Of a stretch of DNA of 64,000 nt, positions 28,279 to 37,588 are shown piece after piece; position 1 is the stretch's first letter, and every line of letters starts with the position of its first letter. Origin of the DNA: Escherichia phage vB_EcoM_IME392; sequence record MH719082.1; one strand, given 5' to 3'. Position numbers and translations under genes: made by a program. The notes under the pieces were generated by a model. The model searched no databases and was not told the origin of the DNA. It saw nothing but the letters and a program-made list of their open reading frames with translations.

Positions 28279-29916
28279 TTAGATGAGGGTCTGTAGGAAC
28301 CACTCGGGCACTTGACCCTTAAGGTTATCCAGCAGTCTCTGGAAGGATGGGTCCATCATGTAGGTTACTGCGAAATCGTCATGGCTACGTACAGCACGAC
28401 CACTACCCTGGATGATGGCTATCATAGGCTGGATATTATACCACTCGGGATCACGCACTTTCTTACGCTCTACCCAGAGATCACCCAGATTAGGATAGGA
28501 GATCTTGAAGAATACCTGGAATCTGGCAAGATCGCCATGTAAGTCCACACCCTCCAGAATAGATGGAGACACGATAATACGACCAGGAGTCATCAGCTTA
28601 GTGATGTCTCGCACTTCCCTAGAGGTGGGAATATACATACGGTCAGCATACTTACTTAACTTCTTGATCTCCTCAGCATTAGCATACGATGCAGAGTGAA
28701 CCAGTCCGCAAGCAGTGTCATCTCCCAGACCCTCCAGGAAGTTATCCAGAGCTTCTACATATTCCGGGAACACATCCGCCTTAGTCTTGAAGTTCATGCT
28801 GGGAAGAGAACGTTCCACAATAAACGGACGATTCTCCAGAGGCCATGCATAATCAGTAGTGATTACTTCCGTATCATCCATGCTCAGTTTCAGATCATAG
28901 ATAAGATTAAACGGAGTAGCAGTCATCAGCAGACGATACTCTGGATGCATAATCAAGCTAGCTGAAGAGTCCAGTACTTCCAGTGGCTTGAACTTAAACA
29001 TCAGATCTCGCTCACCAGTATCTTCGTACAGTACCCACTGATCTGGATCCGTAGCGATGATTGTATTAATCCCGGACACGGTCTCTGAAGCCAGGCTAGC
29101 TCGCGATTCCAGAGGTCCCAGTTTACTCGCGATCAGCGACTCTACCTGAGCCTTGTTACCGATAGCATCGAACTTCTCGATAGCCTTCTCCAGATCACGA
29201 ATCTGGGCGTATAGAACAGATTTAGCCTGGGTAAGATATGGCAGCAGGTCGAAGATGTAGTTGATCTTGAAGTGCTTAGTCTTCTGAATCTCAGCAACCG
29301 GAATGTAATCCCCCATGTCGAATTCTGGAGTTAGGTCCATAAGACGACTGATGTTGATAGTAACTTCGGAGCGATCAATAAGAGATCCTGGCAGAGTATG
29401 GGCTTCATCCGCCACCAGCAGTCCTTCTGCAGTGTACTTACCATCCGCAGTAAAGAAGAATGCATAGTTAAGGTTCTTAAGTGGTGAATCTTTCCACGCA
29501 TTACGAGCTGCCGCATACTCACAGCACCCGTCCGTCTTACGATAGCGGCAGGTAGGGTGATGTTTCTTCTTCGGAGGAATAGGCAGAGTAAGGTCTGTAT
29601 GGCAGCTATAGTTCGTAGCACCCATCAACTGCTTCATATCCTTAAAGTCGCGAAGATACTGCTGCTGGAGAGCGATAGTCTTGGTAATGAATAGAGAATC
29701 GGTCTCGAACAGCTGATTAATTACTTCGGCTACGATTCGAGAGATCCACGATTTACCAGCACCGGTAGGAGCATTCAGCAGCACCGTCTTCTTATTCTTG
29801 TTAATGAACGCATCCAGAATTCTGATAATAGTTTCGCGCTGATTAGCTCGATAGCTAAAGTCCGGGAACGTCTCCTCCACTACGCTATCGAGGATTCCTT
29901 CGACATCATATTGCAT
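28279..29916 (-). CDS. DinG/Rad3-like SF2 DNA helicase with Fe-S cysteine cluster
   Basis: Walker A NAPTGAGKS, DEAH box, Cys cluster CHTD...CRYRKTDGCC, motif VI QGSGRAVR. Confidence 0.6.
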   Translation of the reverse strand: MQYDVEGILDSVVEETFPDFSYRANQRETIIRILDAFINKNKKTVLLNAPTGAGKSWISRIVAEVINQLFETDSLFITKTIALQQQYLRDFKDMKQLMGATNYSCHTDLTLPIPPKKKHHPTCRYRKTDGCCEYAAARNAWKDSPLKNLNYAFFFTADGKYTAEGLLVADEAHTLPGSLIDRSEVTINISRLMDLTPEFDMGDYIPVAEIQKTKHFKINYIFDLLPYLTQAKSVLYAQIRDLEKAIEKFDAIGNKAQVESLIASKLGPLESRASLASETVSGINTIIATDPDQWVLYEDTGERDLMFKFKPLEVLDSSASLIMHPEYRLLMTATPFNLIYDLKLSMDDTEVITTDYAWPLENRPFIVERSLPSMNFKTKADVFPEYVEALDNFLEGLGDDTACGLVHSASYANAEEIKKLSKYADRMYIPTSREVRDITKLMTPGRIIVSPSILEGVDLHGDLARFQVFFKISYPNLGDLWVERKKVRDPEWYNIQPMIAIIQGSGRAVRSHDDFAVTYMMDPSFQRLLDNLKGQVPEWFLQTLI

Positions 29917-30872
29917 ATTAAGTTCTCTCTTCTGTCTAATACGGACTGGATGAACTCATCAGTACCATTCTGCAGTTTCCGTATTAGTAATTCCTCAGGA
30001 TCCTCACCATCGCTGTAGACTACTCGCAGTTGACGAATACTCTTCACCTTCTGTCTTACGCTATTGCGCAGTTCAAAAGATAAATCCGTACTGTCAAGAA
30101 ATATCTGACCTTCTTCCGGGAAGAACTGACTCATCATCCTGGCCTGGGTATCGGTGAGGAAAGATCCCTGGACAGCTAATGGGTTATCGTAGCCTAACAG
30201 CAACATTGCGAAAGCATCAAACATACCCTCGCATAAGCTGAACTTAGTCATACCTCCGTACAGACTAGTCTTCAGAGCACGATTCGGACTATAGATATAC
30301 TTATCCCCAGGAGGAATATGGTATTTCCTTTTACCTATCGGCTCGTACAGACGCATCGTATAAGATATGATCTTACCCTTAAAATACATAGGAGCTGCCA
30401 CACCTACTCCCTTAAGTTCGCGGATCTGGAAATAATCTTCCATACCCTGCAGGAGCGGGTTGCGGTTAGCCAAATATTCTTTACAGAAATCAGATGGAGG
30501 ATCAAACATCCTCTCATACTGAATCTCTGGAACCGAAGATAAACTCCGGACTACCTGCTTATCTGAATGAGCTATCCATCCACGGATAGTTAGCTCTAAT
30601 TCTAACTCTTCCTTACTCTTATTCGAGAAAGGTATGAACTTACAATGGCAACGATGGCATATGCCAGTCTGCTTATTGTAGTTCCAGTAAAATGTCCACT
30701 TAGAGTTTGGTTCCCCCATAAGTTCACAGGTAGGACACAGTCGGAGCTCCTCCCCCTTATGTTCGTTAGCTATCTGGACATTACCAGGATACTTATCTGC
30801 TTCGAACATGTAAACTCTGGGAGTAACCCTAACCAAGTATTCATTTATACGAGTTAGAGACTCAATTTCCAT
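29880..30872 (-). CDS. DnaG-type DNA primase (zinc ribbon plus TOPRIM)
   Basis: CPTC...CHRCHC zinc ribbon; EGMFDAF and DSTD acidic TOPRIM-like motifs. Confidence 0.55.
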   Translation of the reverse strand: MEIESLTRINEYLVRVTPRVYMFEADKYPGNVQIANEHKGEELRLCPTCELMGEPNSKWTFYWNYNKQTGICHRCHCKFIPFSNKSKEELELELTIRGWIAHSDKQVVRSLSSVPEIQYERMFDPPSDFCKEYLANRNPLLQGMEDYFQIRELKGVGVAAPMYFKGKIISYTMRLYEPIGKRKYHIPPGDKYIYSPNRALKTSLYGGMTKFSLCEGMFDAFAMLLLGYDNPLAVQGSFLTDTQARMMSQFFPEEGQIFLDSTDLSFELRNSVRQKVKSIRQLRVVYSDGEDPEELLIRKLQNGTDEFIQSVLDRRENLICNMMSKESSIA

Positions 30873-31185
30873 AGACTAAACTCTGACCTGCATGGATGCG
30901 TACTGCATGGTTCTTGTTAGAGTTAGTCAGACGAATCCACTTATTACCTTCGTCTGTAGAGAATACCTGAGCAGTTAAGCCCAGGTAAGATACAGAAAGA
31001 TTAGAGATAGAGTCTACAGTTACCGTACTATCTACCGGAAACTCTACCGATGAGCCAGCTCCAACAATGTAGCCACTCTTACGCAGCTTCATCGGAGCAA
31101 TACGACTACTGTGCTGATCGTCAGCACCAATTGTCCGAGCGAACGAGCTCTCAACGTAAACAGTTTCAGGAATATTAATCTGCAT
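30862..31185 (-). CDS. hypothetical protein (107 aa)
   Basis: Internal ATG at 31185 with AAGAGG RBS. Confidence 0.4.
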   Translation of the reverse strand: MQINIPETVYVESSFARTIGADDQHSSRIAPMKLRKSGYIVGAGSSVEFPVDSTVTVDSISNLSVSYLGLTAQVFSTDEGNKWIRLTNSNKNHAVRIHAGQSLVYGN

Positions 31186-31774
31186 TGCCAATAGCCTCTT
31201 TAACCAGGTGCTCGATTGAACTACCATGTGCCATATGGAGAAGAGACTGGAGAGTACCCATCCATACATCATCACTCACTTCGTCTTTGTACTTATTGAA
31301 GCAGGTACTGAAGATGTTGCGGCAGTTCTCCAGCTCGCTTTCGCCAAAGAAGATGTTACCCATGCTGAACTCAGTCATGATCTCACGAGATACCGCAATC
31401 GCATCTGCAACTTTACAGATGAACTTAGCTTCGGCAGATGCAGGAGTGCGGAAAGTAGGAAGTACCTCTTCCCAGATTTCCTGCTCAACTTTATTCAGAG
31501 TCTCTTTTAACTCTGGGAAGCGAGCCTTAGCAGTGTAGGGGACATCACCTGTAAAGATCTCTGGAATGTCGTGAACCAACGAGTACTGATTTACTTCCAG
31601 ACCCTGCTCAGCAGTTAAAAATCCATCCATCACCAGTTTCTGAACAATCAGAGTAGAGTAGTAAGTAACTTCGAAGCTATGCTCCGAGATAGTAGAGCGA
31701 TGAGACAGTACTTGCTTACCTGCGAAGCGATTCACGTTATTGGTACACACTGGTACCTTAAAAAGATCTTTCAT
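31175..31774 (-). CDS. HD-domain phosphohydrolase (YfbR-like 5'-deoxynucleotidase)
   Basis: H...HD...D signature (HSFEV ... HDIPEIFTGDVP). Confidence 0.55.
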   Translation of the reverse strand: MKDLFKVPVCTNNVNRFAGKQVLSHRSTISEHSFEVTYYSTLIVQKLVMDGFLTAEQGLEVNQYSLVHDIPEIFTGDVPYTAKARFPELKETLNKVEQEIWEEVLPTFRTPASAEAKFICKVADAIAVSREIMTEFSMGNIFFGESELENCRNIFSTCFNKYKDEVSDDVWMGTLQSLLHMAHGSSIEHLVKEAIGNAD

Positions 31775-31826
31775 GTAATTTCTCCTAAGTTACAAAAATA
31801 AAGGTATGGAAGTTGCCTCCCACACC

Positions 31827-31857
31827 TTAACAGCCTTTCGAGCCCTAAAAAGAGCGG
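31827..31857 (-). promoter_or_regulatory. 31-bp conserved intergenic motif
   Basis: Consensus match upstream of HD-domain gene start at 31774. Confidence 0.5.
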
Positions 31858-32931
31858 TTATTCCAGAATGAACGGAGACTTATCCCAGAGGCGGTTCGCG
31901 ACCCATTTCACGAATGGTGAATTAACCAGATGCTCGCACTGGATAGACATGTGAGCTCCAGTAGTCTTGCACAGGTAATGAGCACCTGCTAACCACATCA
32001 TCACATCCAGAGTTGATCCTGGTTGGAACTCTCGACCAACATCTTCCATTACGTATTCTAGAATACTGTGATCGCTATTATAACGAGAAGCAGCATCTTC
32101 AAGAGTAGCGATGTAATGCTGGAAGTAGGTACGGATCTTATACCAGGAATTAAGTGATCCGAGATCAATCGTAGTTACCGGAGCTTCATTAATGTCGTCA
32201 ACATAAGCTCGGATATTACTTACCTGCTTCTTGATGTTCGACACTTCCGGATACCAGTGGAGATCATCCGTCATCACCACATAGTTGCCCATATCTACTT
32301 TGAGCATAGTTGCGATGATTTCCTGGATGATCGTGAACTCCACCAGATTAACGTTAGTCAATCCCCAGATTAGATCATTACTACGGTTGAATACCGTGCA
32401 GTCCAGACCACCATTACGGTACTTAAACGATAGAGCAATGTTGCAGATCATATCTGCGGTATTGATGCTGCCGATGCTGTTTACCAAACCTACATCAGAA
32501 TCACGGCTGGGATCGTGAATAGTAGCCACGCACTTACGGTTACCCAGGTCAGAACGGAGGCGGTCTGTTACAGTCTGGAGTTGATCGTAGTTATACAGAC
32601 GCTCACCGTAAGCACCACGCCAGGTAACCATATCATCGCTAAACATCTTAGCGCGAGGAACCATAATCGACATCCAGTTATCGATTGCATAGCCACCAGA
32701 CAGTACCCACAATACTTCCCCCATAATTCCGAGGATATTGTCTTTACGTTCTGGATGAGCCATCCAACGATTAATCGGATTACTTAACTCAACTACAGCA
32801 TGACCGATGGATACTACCGCCGAAGAGTTAACAGAAGTTCTGGACTTCTGCAACTCACCAGCCTTATCCATAGTATTGATGCTGTTAACCAGGATTTCAG
32901 TATTACTGTTACCGCGAATTACCGAGATCAT
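31858..32931 (-). CDS. thymidylate synthase-fold pyrimidine methylase/hydroxymethylase
   Basis: ADMICNIALSF...LDCTVFNRSNDLIWGLTNVNLVEFTII colinear with ThyA PCH...[26 protein letters not shown] core, catalytic Cys retained. Confidence 0.6.
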   Translation of the reverse strand: MISVIRGNSNTEILVNSINTMDKAGELQKSRTSVNSSAVVSIGHAVVELSNPINRWMAHPERKDNILGIMGEVLWVLSGGYAIDNWMSIMVPRAKMFSDDMVTWRGAYGERLYNYDQLQTVTDRLRSDLGNRKCVATIHDPSRDSDVGLVNSIGSINTADMICNIALSFKYRNGGLDCTVFNRSNDLIWGLTNVNLVEFTIIQEIIATMLKVDMGNYVVMTDDLHWYPEVSNIKKQVSNIRAYVDDINEAPVTTIDLGSLNSWYKIRTYFQHYIATLEDAASRYNSDHSILEYVMEDVGREFQPGSTLDVMMWLAGAHYLCKTTGAHMSIQCEHLVNSPFVKWVANRLWDKSPFILE

Positions 32932-33662
32932 TTAGAGTCCTTACGCACTGAATCAATAGACTTAACTGCAGAGGACAGTAACTCCAGACGGGCCTCCTGA
33001 GGGATCATACCAGATGGCTCATTCAGGATCATAATACCTTTACCAGTATTAGTAAAACGAGCTGTGATTGATCCAGGATACACCGGATGATTCAGAGTTA
33101 CAGAATTACACAACGCAGCACCGAATCGCTCCTCGTAGGCACGCATAGTTACCTTAAGGAGAGTAGAACTGACTGCTACAGAGTATTCCGGATCAACAAC
33201 ACGGAAGTTATTGTCCTCAATACTCTTATCCTTCGTATTGAAGAACAGAGTCATGTTATAATAATCAATAGACTCGTTACTGAGACGTAATGCCTCATCA
33301 CGAGCTTCCTGGCTAGCAAACATACTGTTATGCAGCAGGAAGTAAACGTACGAATCGAATACCGCACGATCACTGACGATCAACTCGCCACGATTGTAGG
33401 CATCCTTGAACATCTGAGTTCGCTGACGAATAAGACGCAGCTGGAACTCTACCGCTTCCATAGGATCTTCCACAGCTAAGCGCAGAATATCCATATGGGA
33501 TGTTACTCCCAGAGGAAGATGGTCACGAGTCTGTACTGCACGGAAGGTACATTCGGTTGATTCTTCCCAGCCTTTAGCCAGAGTAGATTTACCGGTACCC
33601 TGCGCACCAGACATAATTACACTGTAGCCTGGGATACTATAGTCTCTCATTATTCTCTCCAA
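32928..33662 (-). CDS. P-loop nucleotide/nucleic-acid kinase
   Basis: Walker A SGAQGTGKST near N-terminus; 244 aa. Confidence 0.55.
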   Translation of the reverse strand: MERIMRDYSIPGYSVIMSGAQGTGKSTLAKGWEESTECTFRAVQTRDHLPLGVTSHMDILRLAVEDPMEAVEFQLRLIRQRTQMFKDAYNRGELIVSDRAVFDSYVYFLLHNSMFASQEARDEALRLSNESIDYYNMTLFFNTKDKSIEDNNFRVVDPEYSVAVSSTLLKVTMRAYEERFGAALCNSVTLNHPVYPGSITARFTNTGKGIMILNEPSGMIPQEARLELLSSAVKSIDSVRKDSK

Positions 33663-33682
33663 TTAAGAATCTTTCCCACATT

Positions 33683-33713
33683 TTAACAGCCTTTCAAGAC
33701 CCTAAAAGAGCGG
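33683..33713 (-). promoter_or_regulatory. 31-bp conserved intergenic motif
   Basis: Consensus match about 20 nt upstream of kinase start at 33662. Confidence 0.5.
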
Positions 33714-33739
33714 ACTAAAAAGGCTGGTGTAAATGTGAA

Positions 33740-34711
33740 CTAGCTAAACTTATACCAGCGAGGTCTCATACGGATCTCGTGATTCAGTTTATGTAGTTTC
33801 GAGAATTCGCAGAATGAGTTGGTGAACATCTGACGAGTATAGAACCGCTCATCCTCCGGCATGAAGTGGAACCATTTCTCCGGCTCCCATGCATACCCGA
33901 AATGAGCACATATCTCTTTGATGTTCTGATACCACCATTCCACGAACATCTGGTAGCCGCAAGGAGGGTTCTGGTCATTAAGCATGTACCATACCCCATC
34001 CTGCGTCCCGGGTCCACATACGATAGCATCGTTATCTGTGTACGCAGTCTCTTTAGAGTAGGACATAGTTGCCCAGCATTGATATGCCATGAACGGACCT
34101 AATCCAGATACCTGTAACAGATGCTCGATGGCCTCGGTAGCGAACGGAGACTTCCATGCCAGTAAGATAGGATCACTGTAGGTCTTCACCAGATAGGCTC
34201 TGGCAGCTACACTGTACTTAATATCCTCTGGACATACTTCATTAGCCATCTTAACTGCTGTGCTAAGGAAGTAGGCATTTGATTGCTGTGGAGCAGTGAA
34301 CGGAGGACCATCCTCATAACGACGTAGCTCTTCACGACCCATGTTATGTATGTCGTCATAGCTCATCTCATAAAGAGGAAGGACTCTGCGGAAGCGATCC
34401 ATATATGAATCACCACGGTTTATCATCTGGAAGAGTACCACGTTAAGCGCCTTACTCTCCCAGCTTAGGGAATCGTTCTCCAGAATGTTCTTGATAGCCC
34501 ATACTGTTTCACGATCGTGCTTACGGAACACGTTAGTGAATTTAAACTTACTAATCCACTTATGTTCTGTCCACGGAGGAGGTAGCTTAAGTATCTCCTT
34601 CTTATAATAAACCTCAGTCCGCTCGCGGTTATACTCCACATACTCACGTAGCTCCTCGGGATTTATCATCCCGAGTAACCCGTCGAAGTGCAAACCTAAC
34701 GGTTTAGACAT
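33740..34711 (-). CDS. hypothetical protein (323 aa) in modification cluster
   Basis: ORF track; position between kinase and glycosyltransferase. Confidence 0.5.
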   Translation of the reverse strand: MSKPLGLHFDGLLGMINPEELREYVEYNRERTEVYYKKEILKLPPPWTEHKWISKFKFTNVFRKHDRETVWAIKNILENDSLSWESKALNVVLFQMINRGDSYMDRFRRVLPLYEMSYDDIHNMGREELRRYEDGPPFTAPQQSNAYFLSTAVKMANEVCPEDIKYSVAARAYLVKTYSDPILLAWKSPFATEAIEHLLQVSGLGPFMAYQCWATMSYSKETAYTDNDAIVCGPGTQDGVWYMLNDQNPPCGYQMFVEWWYQNIKEICAHFGYAWEPEKWFHFMPEDERFYTRQMFTNSFCEFSKLHKLNHEIRMRPRWYKFS

Positions 34712-35790
34712 TAAAGAATACCTTCTTTGGTAAAGTAGTCTATTACTTCATCCTGAAGTTCTTGTGCGTAATCCTTGCGCAGATATAGATTCTCATACTG
34801 ATGTTTCAGCAGAGCATCACGATCTTTCAGTTTCTCTGCAATCTCCGCATTACTGGAGACGATCAGAGGAGCCAGTAGCTCTTCGGGGACGCCGCTCCGG
34901 ATTATTGTTCCAGCAGCATCTTTATCCACCAGCATCAGAGTACCAGAGCTCAGGTATTCGTAATAACGGTTAGGTGGGCTGGTATAGAACGAATTACTGG
35001 AGTTCCAGTCTTCGATAAGCAGTACCGCTGCATATTTAGCCACTTCATCCAGCATCTCTGACAGCTTAAACTTAGGCAGCCAGTTAATCGGAGCAGCAGG
35101 TCCCAGCCACTTACGTTCTTTAGGATCCAGCTCTTCCCAGTTTTCCTGCTCGTAGCCGTCAAATCCTGCAAGACCACCAGTATGTTTAGCGATGGACATC
35201 TGAGCTTTGTAGCTCGGCACCGACATAAACAGTTCCAGACCATCTTGCTGGGAGAAGTACTGAGTGAACTTATGGAAGCGGCCTTCACGAGCAGCACCGT
35301 AATACAGCAGGCTATTGTCCGGCTTATCTGACGATCCATAGCGAGGCTTACGACCAGGAACGTAGGTAAGACGGTTCCAGTTAATGTGATGATAGTTCTC
35401 TTCGCTAGGAGAATACTGATTACCCCAGGAAGTACGTTCAAATGCTGCTACAACTTTAAATACAGTAGCTGCGGTGATGTGTCTCCACTGCGGACCCTGG
35501 ATACGCATCTTAGACGAGTAATCCTGTCCAATCCAGTAGAACTTAGCTCCGACATCTGCCTGGTCTACCCAGAACTTATACATCTCGTCGCGGAACTTAC
35601 AGAAGGTAGGAACACCATTGATGGCGATAATCACGTCATATTTAGTGCCATCTTCCATAGCCTTAACGAACTTAGGAGTATCGTCCAACAGGTCAGCTTG
35701 AAGTCCGTAGGCTAACCAGGAAGCCAGAGTATTACTGGCAATGATGGATTTATCGCTGCATGGCGAAAAGTTAGTTACTGCAATCTTCAT
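34711..35790 (-). CDS. putative glycosyltransferase (GT-B-like)
   Basis: N-terminal MKIAVTNFSP and C-terminal GTLMLVDKD segments resemble T-even DNA beta-glucosyltransferase; similarity is weak and from memory. Confidence 0.4.
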   Translation of the reverse strand: MKIAVTNFSPCSDKSIIASNTLASWLAYGLQADLLDDTPKFVKAMEDGTKYDVIIAINGVPTFCKFRDEMYKFWVDQADVGAKFYWIGQDYSSKMRIQGPQWRHITAATVFKVVAAFERTSWGNQYSPSEENYHHINWNRLTYVPGRKPRYGSSDKPDNSLLYYGAAREGRFHKFTQYFSQQDGLELFMSVPSYKAQMSIAKHTGGLAGFDGYEQENWEELDPKERKWLGPAAPINWLPKFKLSEMLDEVAKYAAVLLIEDWNSSNSFYTSPPNRYYEYLSSGTLMLVDKDAAGTIIRSGVPEELLAPLIVSSNAEIAEKLKDRDALLKHQYENLYLRKDYAQELQDEVIDYFTKEGIL

Positions 35791-35817
35791 GTTTAATTTC
35801 TCCGTAGGCTGTCACAA

Positions 35818-35850
35818 TTTAACAGCCTTTTAGCTCATCAAAGAAGCGAG
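35818..35850 (-). promoter_or_regulatory. 31-bp conserved intergenic motif (variant)
   Basis: TTAACAGCCTTTTAG...AAAGAAGCGAG; upstream GGCTGT forms hairpin with ACAGCC. Confidence 0.45.
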
Positions 35851-36872
35851 TTAGCTGATGCCCAGCTCAGCCAGTTATCGTTGAGATCGGTCAGGTAGGA
35901 GTAATCCTTATTCAGACCGAATACAGTACGGTTAGTTCCGTCGAACTTCATTATACCAGCGCCAGGAGCTCTGATGATTGCATCTTCCGTAGCCAGACAA
36001 TATTCTTTCAAGTATTCCTGGATGTTGGGACGAATACGACGGAAGGAACTATCTGCCGAGTCATAGTGGAACATATCTGCGCAGTGCCACTGTACGTAGG
36101 ATTTATCCGGACGGCTGAGTAGTTCATTACGGGTAACCATATCTTTAGGAGAATATCCCAGCTTAGCTACAGTGACTTCGTGAATACCTCCACCATTAGA
36201 CGAAGTATCCATCAGCCAGTTTTCGTCCCAGTAGAACGAAGTACCAGTACCAGTTACCTGTCCAACCTTCCAGCCCATCGCCATACCTTTAAACAACAGG
36301 TAGCAATCTTCTCCTACGGTCAACTGTTGGAAGGTTATATCGAACAGCCAGAACATCTTCTCACTGGTCTTGACCATGATACCGAGGTCAGTGGCCGGAG
36401 CAGTGTTATTATGTGACTGACGATCGCATAGTTCAACAATCTTGTAGTTACGATTCTTGAAGCTACGGACGAACGCCATCTCAAACTCAGATCCCTCGAA
36501 GTCTATAACGGAACGGTCCAGATGGAAAATATTATCTGCGAACCAGACATCATCATCCACGAAGTAGCAGATGTCTGGACACCAGTTCTGATCCTCCATT
36601 AAAATCCATGCCTTATCAAGAGCATGAGCTCGGATTCTTCCGATTACCGGATTATCGTACTTAGGACGATGCCAGAAATTAAACTGCTCGTCCCCACCGA
36701 ACTGCTCTTCCAGAACTGCCTTATCTTCTTCGGAGGCATCCTGCATAAAGTAGAAGAAACGATACTCGATAGAGTCGTCAGTCTTCTTAGCATCTTTGAA
36801 CGACTGAATCTGACGGAGTACCGACTTCATACGATGATAGGTTGGGATGATAAAAGCCACTTTGGTAGTCAT
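35838..36872 (-). CDS. GT-A fold glycosyltransferase (family 2-like)
   Basis: IIPTYHR N-terminal block and DDD (DxD) motif. Confidence 0.5.
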   Translation of the reverse strand: MTTKVAFIIPTYHRMKSVLRQIQSFKDAKKTDDSIEYRFFYFMQDASEEDKAVLEEQFGGDEQFNFWHRPKYDNPVIGRIRAHALDKAWILMEDQNWCPDICYFVDDDVWFADNIFHLDRSVIDFEGSEFEMAFVRSFKNRNYKIVELCDRQSHNNTAPATDLGIMVKTSEKMFWLFDITFQQLTVGEDCYLLFKGMAMGWKVGQVTGTGTSFYWDENWLMDTSSNGGGIHEVTVAKLGYSPKDMVTRNELLSRPDKSYVQWHCADMFHYDSADSSFRRIRPNIQEYLKEYCLATEDAIIRAPGAGIMKFDGTNRTVFGLNKDYSYLTDLNDNWLSWASANSLL

Positions 36873-36878
36873 ATTTAT

Positions 36879-37490
36879 TTATCCAATTTGACGAACTAAG
36901 CGAAACCCTTCGGCGTACGGCCACTGGGCAGAATATCCACGTAAGGTGGCTAGAGCTAAGATACTCTGGGTATCTCGGTCTGACTTAATCTGGGAGTCGA
37001 ATCGTCCCATAGCCTGGCACTTACACTCAATATCGTCCTTATTCAGACGCTCGAAGTAATTAGGTTCCATCTGACCGAACTGGGTCAGGGACTCGGCATA
37101 CTCATATTCCAGGATAAGCCAGTTATACGCTCGGAGAGCTACACGAGCAGCATGATTAACTAGTTGATGGTCCTGGTGTAGGCTACTGAACGGAATATAG
37201 ACTACATCCGGCCTGATTTTAGCAACATAGTCCGCAATATCCTTAGCCAATTGCGGAATATCCTTCTGAGTCATACCATCGCCTGTGGAGGCATCGTTAC
37301 GCTCCAGGCAATGTACTTCTTTGATATTCGGATAGACACCGAATGCTGCTTCGGCTTCACCACGACGGGTCTCGTCCGGAGCAGTTACTTCGAGGATGAA
37401 AAATTGGTCGTCGCGGAATTTGCTCATAATACCTCCGCAACCCAGAATCTCATCATCGTGATGTGGGCTGATAATCAATCGTGACTTCAT
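36879..37490 (-). CDS. PIG-L/LmbE family N-acetylglucosaminyl deacetylase
   Basis: SPHHDDEILGCGG matches the PIG-L zinc-binding HPDDE motif. Confidence 0.7.
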   Translation of the reverse strand: MKSRLIISPHHDDEILGCGGIMSKFRDDQFFILEVTAPDETRRGEAEAAFGVYPNIKEVHCLERNDASTGDGMTQKDIPQLAKDIADYVAKIRPDVVYIPFSSLHQDHQLVNHAARVALRAYNWLILEYEYAESLTQFGQMEPNYFERLNKDDIECKCQAMGRFDSQIKSDRDTQSILALATLRGYSAQWPYAEGFRLVRQIG

Positions 37491-37514
37491 TATTAATCCT
37501 CGCTACACAAAAAT

Positions 37515-37541
37515 GGGGTTAGGCCGTAGAGACCTAACCCC
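37515..37541 (-). terminator. intrinsic terminator (9-bp hairpin plus U-tract)
   Basis: GGGGUUAGG...CCUAACCCC followed by AUUUUUGUG. Confidence 0.55.
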
Positions 37542-37557
37542 GTACGCCTCTGACACC

Positions 37558-37588
37558 TTAACAGCCTTTTAGGTCATCAAACAGGAGG
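37558..37588 (-). promoter_or_regulatory. 31-bp conserved intergenic motif (variant, overlaps 3' end of transporter CDS)
   Basis: Left half conserved; right half diverged where it overlaps last codons of 37577-38959. Confidence 0.4.
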
